Shown here piece by piece: positions 54,245 to 64,000 of a DNA stretch of 64,000 nucleotides. The translations under genes were made by a program, and so were the position numbers. Below the pieces are notes generated by a model, which had not been told where the DNA came from, made no database searches, and was given only the letters and a program-made list of their open reading frames with translations. Origin of the DNA: Botryllus schlosseri (Eukaryota); NCBI GenBank assembly GCA_051294905.1, contig CM119372.1, forward strand, positions 7,070,001 through 7,134,000. Direction: 5' to 3'. The number at the start of each line of letters is the position of its first letter. The stretch's first letter is position 1.

Positions 54245-56601
54245 ATGAACTCATCTTCAAATGTCGCCCTTGACTGCATTAAACCTCGAACTTTCAATAA
54301 ATCACTGAGTATTCATTCCATCACGCCGTCCGGAACGTCAGCAACAGTCCGAAACGCTAGGCTGACACTCGAAAGGATTAAACTGAGACAAGAACAGAGA
54401 AGAGCCGAATCTGCCCTGAGACAAGAAGAGAGAAGAGCCGAATCTGCTCTGAGACAAGAAGAGAGAAGAGCTAGAATTGAATCAATCGATGCCGAATTTG
54501 AATACAAACGGGAGCTCCTCGAAGCTACCTCGAACTTGGAACTCGCAGAACAAGAAGCCTTCTTGAAACGCTCTGTCGGATCACAAAAACCGAACACTCT
54601 AATTGACAAAAACACTACCGTGAGTACTGAACCCTTACCTTCGCCCACTACTCAAGCAATGACTTTCACTACCTTGTGCACGCCTGCATCTGTACCAGTC
54701 AACAGTACTGGGCAGAGGCTCGTTCCTAAGCCGGCAAAAACCCAACCGTTACCGACCACTCGTCAGCTAACCTCATCAGCAATACCATGTCATTCCCAGT
54801 CTATCTATTCGCATAGTTTCACTGCCGGTTCGAGGCCGGTCATTCCCGCATATTCTCAAAGCACTCAGCAGTGCCAGAGTGGCCTTAGATCTAGTGATAT
54901 ACCTTCTCGTTCTCGCGGTCAGTCCGCTGATATTTGTTACGTGCCAAATGCGCACAATGATATACCTTCTCGTGCTCGCGGTCAATCCGCCGATATTCGT
55001 TACGTGCCAAATGCGCACAATGATATACCTTCTCGTGCTCGCGGTCAATCCGCCGATATTCGTTACGTGCCAAATGCGCACAAGGATATACCTTCTCGTG
55101 CTCGCGGTCAATCCGCCGATATTCGTTCGTGCCAAATGCGCACAATGATATACCTTCTCGTGCTCGCGGTCAATCCGCCGATATTCGTTACGTGCCAAAT
55201 GCGCACAATGATATACCTTCTCGTTCTCGCGGTCAATCCGCCGATATTCGTAGTGTGCCAACCGGGCACAACGATGTCATTCCTCGTTCTCGCGGTCAAT
55301 CCGCCGATATTCGTAGTGTGCCAACCGGGCACAACGATGTCATTCCTCGTTCTCGCGGTCAATCCGCTGATATTCGTAAAGTGCCGAACGCGTGCACTGA
55401 TCTTATTCCTCGTTCTCGCGGTCAATCCGCCGATATTCGTAATGTGCCAACCAGGCACAACGATCTCGCTTCTCGCTCTCGCGATAAACTCGCAAATCAT
55501 CGTCGTACAGACAATTTCAATGCTGATCTCGTGCCCTTAGCGCACAACAAATACAGTTCTCATGCTCGCGATAAAGTCGCTCCTACCTTTAGTTTTATCT
55601 ACGAACCTGAGTGCGTCCTTGAGCCCGTAAATGTAAATTCTAACGATAAGCACTCCGCTCGAACCGAACCCACATCTTATCCTCGCAAGCTTTTCGAAAG
55701 CCTCCCGCCTGCGTCTGACACACCACACAGTGGTGTCGGTCAGAGGCCCGTTAATGGGCCGGCGCCCGCACCGATAAATTATCCAAACCCTAAACCTAGT
55801 CCATGCGACTCCCCTAATCATGATACTGCTGTAACCATCAAACTCTTCGGGGATGTAACCATGAAATTCTTCGGGGCTGTTCCCAGAGCTCAATTCCGAA
55901 CAGTCATTCCAAGTAGTACCAATGTCCCTACTGGGCCTGTCATATCTGCAAACAACGATGTCCCTCCGCAGGGACGGAGAGACCTGATACCTGTTACTGT
56001 AAGTGACAGTTCGACTTACTGTGCCCCTGGTTATGGCAAACTCGACATTTCTGGAAACTCTGATACCGACACACAAGCTGAACTCGATGATTCCGAAGAC
56101 TGTGACGCCAACACGCAACCTCTGTCCAACGTAGAAGACGCTGCGCCTCCGCACACAACAAACATGCGCCACGAAGTGTTTCCGCTCAAGAAAACGGAGA
56201 CCGTCAAACCGCCCTACAACAAAGAAGCTGCCAAGATGTCACTCAAAAACCAACGCACTACATTTGCGGAAGAACCCGAGTTCTTTCGAAAGTACAAAGA
56301 GAAAATCAACGAGTACCTACCTCGGCGGTACGCTCAAGTCGTTCCGCCTGACTTGCCCTCTTCGTCTGAACGACCTTCCAAACCTATCCATTTCCATACC
56401 CAACAACGAAAGATGCCAAGCAGACGCAAACTGCAACTTGCCCCAGCCGTATCCGGCAACAAACTTGCTACAGAGGTTGGAGAAGATTTCAACTACGTTA
56501 TCGACTCCGCTCGCTTCTGTACCGACAGCACCGCAATGCTCCGCAGCATTCAAACGACCTCCGCTCGATTCAACGCCTTCGTCCGTCAACGACCGCCTTG
56601 A
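54245..56601 (+). pseudogene. Gag-like coiled-coil/repeat protein fused to Bel/Pao pol remnants, split by a 1-bp deletion
   Basis: ORFs 54245-55540 and 55129-56601 join if the base missing at about 55127 (CGTTCGTG versus CGTTACGTG) is restored. Remnants PYNKEAA...KYKEKINEYL..RYAQVVP and KLQLAPAV...FCTDSTAML...FNAFVRQR. No YVDD or integrase. Confidence 0.75.
54895..55480 (+). repeat. 63-bp (21-codon) coding tandem repeat, about 9 units
   Basis: Peptide unit DIPSRARGQSADIRYVPNAHN and variants. Confidence 0.9.
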
Positions 56602-59600
56602 ACCAGAATCGCTCCGCGCGCGCGTTACCCGACTTGTTTTATTTTTATTGTCATATGTTTCTTTTCTGTCCCGACTTGAATCGTTCTCAGTTTCCTTGAG
56701 AAGCATAAAAAAAAACCATAATTTTACCGCACATGTCACTCGCTTTGATAATACGTCACTATCCTGCTACTGCAAGTTCTGTCCCTAATTTTAAGAAAAA
56801 ATTCTGGATCATGAGACCAGACTTCCACTCGTAAACTTACTGTTTTGTACACAACTGGTACTCGTCGTGGCATCCGAAATAGTGTTGCCTTGAATTAAAT
56901 AACTTTTGCCTACTCATATTGCACGTTTTCTGTACATTGCCTTCGCTTACTGACGCTGTATCAGCTTTCTATACATTGCATTTGCCTTGCATATTCATGC
57001 CCCGATTGTCTTCATAATCCAAAAAAACCACCATTCCTTCATTTTTTCTGTGGCTCACCGATAACTGCCTATTTGCAATTACGCTTCGCCACGGGGGCGG
57101 CTTATGTCACGGTGGATTTTTGTCCGTATCAATGGTTGGTTACGCTCGAGTCACCTCGCCGCACGCAAGAAGAACCTGGATCACAAATCATTCTCTCCGA
57201 AAGCGGTCGTGCCGTAAACAGGGCTTCCACGCCGCTCTGAATCTGACTCTAATTAATGTAATTTCTCATTTAGAGTATATGCCAGCATATTTTTTAACGG
57301 TATGATATAGTCTGGGTTGTTTGATCGACATTCTACAATACACACAAGAGGAAACTTACTGTGTCCGGACTTATTAGCCAGTTAATTATACTCAGTCAGT
57401 CATTACTTGCAGCGATTGCTCCAGTCCAACTCGCCGTCGAGTTGTAACAGTTCTGTGAAAGACTGAATGTGTCAATAACAAGGACAGTACTACTGTGTCA
57501 GGGAGAGAAATATAGAGTTTTGTAATTTTGACGATGCCGTTAGTCGAATGAGGATGAATCGTCACAATAGACTTGGTCGACTCGGCCGTTTCTGGTCTTG
57601 CTTTAATGAATGCGTCAACTTCATCATTGCAGGAATCTAGAGCAGGAGTAAAAATATCACTGAGTTTTATAACAAAGTCGAATCGAAGGCAGTAGACCTA
57701 TACCAAATGCTGTTCGGAAGTATCATAAAAATGAAGGATTGCCAACTGCATCCTACCTAACTTTACGACTATTATGATGATAGTGATAAGTTTTCATCTT
57801 TTACTGAGCGGTCAATATTGATAGGTTCAGTCACAGATATCTGACACTCCTCATTCAATAACTAAAGTAACTAACATGATTACATGACCGCACATGTACC
57901 GTACACAAAAAGAAGTGTATTTTCAAAAGTAATAGCAACTCTTCCATTAATAGGAGGTCAGCGATATATAACCATTATACGTCATGAAGTCAGCAGGTTA
58001 TGAACTCCCTTTATAGTAACTAATGCATTTATAGATCTTTTTTTCTTAATTGATTTTCAAGTGTTTTTATTTCAGACTACGTACACTTCTACTTACAAGT
58101 TTTTCAAGGCATACACATTTCAGTTATTTGCACATGCACGTGAGTGTAAACAATAATAATACTTCGATGACTACCATACCACAGTCAATACTACTATAAG
58201 CGGTTAGTTACACTCTTACAAAACTATAGCTGACACAGTACATTTTCACTTACGGATTTTGGACACTTTGTATAGCTTTAGAAGTGCGTTCCTCTGACAT
58301 TACCACAATTTCACTGGTGCGTGGAAATAAAGTATGAACGGCACTACTGCAGTCCGTCGGCAAGAGTTGCCCGTGTTCAGTAGTCAGTTTTCTTGCGTGT
58401 TGCGTATCTCGGATACTTCATTGAAGCAAGATACTTGTTAGTGATTCGCATTAGAAAATGACTCTGTCTTGGTTGTCTATAAGTCATATACCATAGGCGT
58501 CCGGTCGCCTGTCGGTATATGGATGGGTTTTGGCAGCGATGTCAATGCATTGTAGGTACGGCATATTGCGTATTGGACCAACCATACGCGACATAACATC
58601 TGACTCTATGAATTATCTCCTTCACAGCTTTCATGATCCCACTCAAAGACCCAAATCCACAGCAAATCTAAGCAATAACCCCACCTAACAGCCAACAGAA
58701 ATAACAAGGACTTTTGTTGTGTCAACTACCTGACGTCATTTCACGGCTGGGTGATTTCGTTTCCGTTTTCCGGAATTTCGATTTGTAATTCAAATTACTT
58801 GAAAACTATCAGGTAATTTCAATTTTCATTATTTTATTTATATTCCTAACCACATAATGTACGAAAAAAGGTGAAGTCATTTTGAAGATGCAGTTGACCT
58901 TATTGCTCTTGAGACCTGACAAGCACAACGTAAAATAATAGGGTCCATCAAACCACTAGGTGTCGCCAAACTTGAGGTGGTAACCGCCGTTGTTACGTAC
59001 GCGGTTGCCGTTATCAGAAACCTGTAGGTTACTTTCTCGATTGTGTAAGGGTATTTTATATGGAAATAATGACTACAACATATTCTACGGGGACCGTGAG
59101 CTCGCTATAAAATGAACTAAAGCTTCGGAAAGCTTCTACGGAAGGAAATAAGGCCGATTTGATAACTAGGTGAGAATGTGAAATTGTCAACTAAATGTCG
59201 GCTACTCGCAGCTCAGCACCAGAAGTTACGTCTTGAATGATGACTCATATGTATAAAAAAAACTTCATTAAATTACAATTGCCATACCAGATTGCAAAAT
59301 ACTTAGTAACGGCTCCTCGACTCAAGGTTTAGTAGAGTAGATTCTTCTACTTTTCATTCATGGTGCATGCGAACTGTGCATCCCTCTTTGCATCGCCTAG
59401 GCGCATGTGGGTGTCTGATTTCGAGGACTACCGTTCTCTAAGTCGCTTCGACACCTTGCTATCTTTTTATTACTATATTGCGGGCCTGCTGTATATCGCT
59501 GGGCTAAGTTTGCGAGGACTGGGCTATTCGGCGCATGGACATATCGATATCGAAAGCTGTGACCAACATGCGTCAATCATTTCGCGCCTAGGTTTAACGG

Positions 59601-62600
59601 TGGACGGTCTTACTGCGAGCGCAAACGCAAGGTCGCATATGATGAACGACACTGTGTCTCGTAATCGCGAATATAGTTAGTCTCAATCTGATACATTAGG
59701 TGTTCTTCCATTTGCACAAAAGGGCAGCAATATTAAAAACAAGAAATCGAGTGACAACATATTGCGCTAAGCTTGTAGAAAATTTTTACCTTTGATAAAT
59801 CTATCGCAAATTATTCTGCTTTATTGTAGTGTACGAAGATGTACCAATATGTGAATGGCTGACGGATCTGTCAGTGCGTTGGAACTGATATTTTAGTCAT
59901 CACATCTCAAGTATTGCGGCCAGACTAATCAAATTTTTGGTTGGTCTTGCAAGCTCAAAATCTGTGCAATCCATTTTTGATGATATAGAAATTTCGGAAA
60001 TTACCTCGCGGGCCACTCAAAACCTTCTCGCGGGCCACGGGTTGGCCGGCCCTGGTCTATACGAATAAGCCTGCATGTCTCTGAATGACTACCTCGGGTA
60101 TAAAAATAGCTCGATCATTTCTCAATGTATAAAAACACTTGGTGATTCGTGATCCACCACGCCTGGTATCTAGGGAGCACTATGCTTTATATAGATTACA
60201 GACATATAGGAAAAAATCATGCTTTATCTAGATTACACCCGTAGCAGGGAAAATTATGCTCTGTCAGCGCCTACATTAGCGGGATTCAGGGTGTCTGGGA
60301 CGTTTTTGCAGGTCCCCCGTCGCGACGATCCTTTGTCAAGTTGAGATTCCCAAGTCATTCAGCGTGTTGTTTCCTAATCATATCCGCATATACCCCAAAC
60401 TATTTGTTTCACTCGGTCGTTTATGACCCCCAATTAGCAGACAAAATGGACCGTCCACAGCGCTAGACAGTTAAATTACGCCGCAGAGCTGTGAAATGCT
60501 ATGCGATAAGTTCACCCGCAGTGCAAAGAGGCTTTCGGTATACCCTTCCGACGACTTATTTTAGCATCGGTTTTACCCTCACAATACGCGGGAATAACGA
60601 GGCTTTACGTACCAACCGTATCGTTTAAAACTTCGAATTGTCGCCCTGAGCTGACATAGCATCCGAGCCATTTTTTACGAGAGTGATGGTGGTACAGAAA
60701 ATATACTTTGCACAGTATTCGGTACTAGATGGGAATGATCGACAAGACCGTGAAGGTCATCTAGTCTGATCACACAGTGTAAAGAGGCTTTCGGTATACC
60801 CTCCCGAAACGTATAGTTACGGGGCATGGACGGGCGCCCGGGAGACATACCTTATTAGTAATTTGACCGTACGACTTATTTTAGCATCGGGTGATTTTAA
60901 TACCCTTTTGAAGATGTCGTGTTTTATTTGACGAAGTCAGAGGTTTGTTTCACACGGTGTGATTACGAGTGATAAATTGTAAACATAATAGCACACAGCA
61001 GCTGACGGGTCGCGGTGCGGGACAATAAAGACGGTTACCGTGCGAGACGTACAAGCCACCATAACTACACAGAGGTCGTCAGCAATGCCGCTACTTTTTT
61101 CCGGGTACTCGATTCTGTCTACTCGCACTGCACCAAGTTATCAATGTGGCTAGCCTTCTTTAGGAAGCCACTTACTTTTACTAGTTTATAAAAGTTTAGC
61201 GACCCCCTCCGTATCATGCGACGATAGCTGGAGCTGTTAGGCTTGACTAGATTTGACCACGATTCGGGCACGCATTTTCATCGGCTCGATGTGGAACTGT
61301 CTTAAAGGTTTTACCCTCACAATACGCGGGAATAACGAGGCTTTACGTACCAACCGTATCGTTTAAAACTTCGAATTGTCGCCCTGAGCTGACATAGCAT
61401 CCGAGCCATTTTTTTTCAACCCCCCCCGCGCGTATAAGTCTGCAAGTAGCGGATGAACCGTGTCCGATCACAGTTGACCCGGCAAAAACCTGTTTAAACG
61501 GTGACTGTCAGGATCAGTAGACGCTGATTCGCCTACACTACAGTATTTCAGACATGGTACCATTCGAGTAAATGGGTATTTCTGTAGTATATGGCTGATA
61601 TTAATTGTCAATATGTTCTGTTGGGGATGTGGGCAGGCGAATTTAGCTTTCCATAACGAGTGTCATCAGAACATATTCAGGTTTATTCCCATGCAGATCC
61701 ATTCTTGTATCGATTTGTTGAGGAAATAACGATTTCAAGGATGCAACTCTATCCGATGTACTCGATTAGGATTTGTCCATCTGTGCTATATGAGTCGTTG
61801 TGTTTCAGACTACCTCCGCTTCAACCGTTTTAGCTACTTACTTTTCGGGTGTTGGGATTTTGAAATGTGTAAAGTAGTTTGTAAATGGATTTACCACACT
61901 CTTACGACATTATTAATCAGACACCAAAATCCTGCTCGTCTCGCTAGACAGTGGGGGGTCGATCATACATAAAAACACTTGATAACCAGGCGGTATGTTC
62001 GCCACTTTGACCGAATGTAGCACTTTTGACCTATCCGGTCTCCATTCAGATGCGACCACGTGGACCTGGTGAAATGACTGTATAATTAATGATTGATTAG
62101 GTCAATAATATTGATAATTGCGTGTATATTGCTATAAATTTTGTATCCTCTCAGTCCGACTTCCCATGTGCGGTATGTAATCAAAAGATATTGAACTCGC
62201 CTATACACAGACTACTAAACTAAAAGAAGCGCACGATTCAAAATTGGTATTTCTTCACTGTTGAATAATAATTCGGGATGGGATGTCAGTTGCCCTGTGG
62301 GGTCCAGATTACCACGACATAATTATTCGGTGCCAGCACTTTAGACACCCATACAAATACATTTATATCGAAGTTTACGGTCAACATAAGGGCAATCCTT
62401 TTCGACCCATGTTTTCTCGCTGACGATCTTTTTGGCACTCTTCTATGAGGCCCATGTTGGCCCAAACTTCATATGTCTTCTTACCTCTTGGCGTGGTAAT
62501 GGCCAACGCTTAGATTCCCACTCTCATAAATGATGCGTATTTTTTGAGAAGGAAGGGTGCCTAATAATCAAAACATTTATCTACATGAAATCGTGTACAG

Positions 62601-62649
62601 TGCGAGCAAAATTAAAAAGTTGCAGAAATTGATATATACGTATATATTC

Positions 62650-62850
62650 TTCATTATGATTGCGTATTGCAGTTCAAGCATGTGCAGTAATGATTACGTC
62701 ATTATGATTGCGTATAGTTGATTACTCTAGTTATTACGAGAGCGGCTTTGCTTGGTTTCAGTAACGCTGAGATATGATTACGTCATTATTGCGTAAGTTG
62801 ATCGCCTTATTTGTTATTGTAGTTGAACCGAGTGCAAGGCAATATATAAC
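62650..62850 (+). promoter_or_regulatory. Putative promoter with repeated bZIP (CRE/ATF-C/EBP-like) sites and a TATA box
   Basis: ATGATTACGTCATTA at 62690 and 62774, ATTGCGTA three times, and TATATAA at 62843-62849, just upstream of the death-domain ORF. Confidence 0.5.
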
Positions 62851-62897
62851 GTGTAATATTTATTACATGATTATTCGCTGTACACTATAGATCGAAT

Positions 62898-63179
62898 ATG
62901 TCCAAGATTACTGCTAGTGATATATACGTCATAATGGATCGGATTGACCCGATGAACTGGTATAGGTTTGCACGTGAAAAACTTGAGCTATCTGACAATG
63001 AAATTGCCGAATGCCAATACATGGATTGCTATACCTTAACTGAGCAACGATATCAAATGATACAGTTATGGATTCGTAAAAATGGTCGTTACGCTACGAT
63101 GAACAAACTTAAAGAATTAGTTTACAGTTGTCTGTATCAGATACCTTCGAATAGCAATTCAACTGTTCTGTTGGGTTGA
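62898..63179 (+). CDS. Small death-domain protein (93 aa)
   Basis: Death-domain consensus W..FAR..L.LSDNEI...L.EQRYQMIQLW..KNG..AT...L; ATG start; AATAAA at 63422-63427. Confidence 0.75.
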   Translation: MSKITASDIYVIMDRIDPMNWYRFAREKLELSDNEIAECQYMDCYTLTEQRYQMIQLWIRKNGRYATMNKLKELVYSCLYQIPSNSNSTVLLG

Positions 63180-63569
63180 GAGGCATAACGTACTAAGAGG
63201 AAAATAATATTGTGTAGACTGGAGAATAATGAAGATGCTCTCAGAAGACTTCAATATCGGTTTATACGCAATCATATGCTCATGTATGCGAAGCTGGTAT
63301 TGCTTTTACATCGCAAATCAAAAAAAAAGATTCTGATATCAAGAAAGTATGCCAAGATCTGAAAGAAGCTCTACACCTTGTTCTGGACGATTAGTTAATG
63401 TGCTTGCCCGTTATTACTTCAAATAAACTGAACATGTGTATTTAATTGTGTAAAATGTGTTATAAAGGTCAGTCTACGGAAGTGAATAGACAAGTCTGGA
63501 CCTGTCTATATTACAGCATATTAGAGATAGATTGTGCAATAACCTCAAAATACGGAGAGTACTGAACCT

Positions 63570-63835
63570 TTGAGAAATGACCCAGCTATCCCATACCACG
63601 GACGGTCGGCGAGTTGGCAAAACAAGGTTTATCTCGGTGACCTACACAGAACACAGTGCTTCAGCTGCTCCAGTGTTCTCCGCAATTGGAGGTCTACAGA
63701 CGATGTATCTGAAATACACTTGACGTATCTCCCCGGATTGTTGTTTTCCTTGAGGGCTGTATTACTGGTTAGTATTTTTATGGATGATTGACAACCGCTA
63801 GCTGTCGCTATTGTATCATCTACATATGTGTTATA
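63570..63835 (-). mobile_element. Possible Penelope-like reverse transcriptase fragment
   Basis: LYNTYVDDTI motif in ORF 63629-63850; short and degenerate. Confidence 0.4.
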
Positions 63836-64000
63836 CAAGGGGGCGGGCAACTCCTTCGGTCGGCGGGCCGGAGAAAATTAAGTACTTGGCATGCCGAATT
63901 GCTGAATCGATACATTATTCGCCCATTGATCCCCATATACGAGGGATAAATCGTATTTAATCAATGTATTTTAACGACCGCAATGTCACTGCAAAGCCAT

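Larger units (their letters stand above)
52500..57486 (+). mobile_element. Internally deleted Bel/Pao LTR retrotransposon
   Basis: 382-bp LTRs TGTCAC...AGGACA (52500-53886 with an insert, and 57105-57486); 5-bp TSD GTACT; G-rich tract GGGGGCGG before the 3' LTR; Pao-type RT-flank and RNase H remnants. Confidence 0.9.
51412..58900. mobile_element. Decayed Kolobok-like DNA transposon hosting the LTR element
   Basis: 18-bp TIR AGGTCAACTGCATCTTCA / TGAAGATGCAGTTGACCT; TTAA on the left flank (right flank TATT, imperfect); KolX-like Cys remnant GCQLMQT..ELKCCKQVP...CITALSGF at about 52030-52140. Confidence 0.6.

Noticed and set aside
54313..56739. Minus-strand ORFs within the LTR element
   Set aside because: They are shadow frames of the repeat-rich plus-strand ORF.
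60526..60676. Processed (spliced) retrocopy of 60781-61415
   Set aside because: The missing segments do not have exact GT-AG boundaries; kept only as an unexplained condensed duplicate.

Overview
Eukaryotic, intron-rich and transposon-dense DNA from a marine invertebrate; an ascidian or other tunicate origin is inferred from gene and TE types, not proven. There are no prokaryotic operons, rRNA, true tRNA or CRISPR. (1) A 15-exon gene on + (32036-49156, 687 aa by my exon model) encodes signal peptide, Cys-rich/EGF repeats, a ZP domain, an RKKR furin site and a transmembrane helix, the architecture of ascidian vitelline-coat precursors. It faces a decayed head-to-head inverted copy on - (<1-31317). 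(2) Inside the dead copy lies a 13,139-bp element (12379-25517) with Polinton/Maverick ends (AGTAGT...ACTACT, 6-bp TSD TACGTG). It is almost entirely one giant palindrome (5.9 and 6.2 kb arms, 996-bp spacer) with no recognisable Polinton core gene, and is my best candidate for an undescribed system: a copy-back/snap-back defective Polinton. It is nested in a hAT-type element, and a second copy of that element carries a THAP/P-element at the equivalent site. (3) A Kolobok-like element contains a deleted Bel/Pao LTR element, which in turn contains a P-like MITE. (4) There is also a compact death-domain-only ORF, many hAT MITEs, a tRNA-derived SINE, and LINE, Penelope and Chapaev remnants. All coordinates were read by eye; family assignments come from motif recognition, not database searches.
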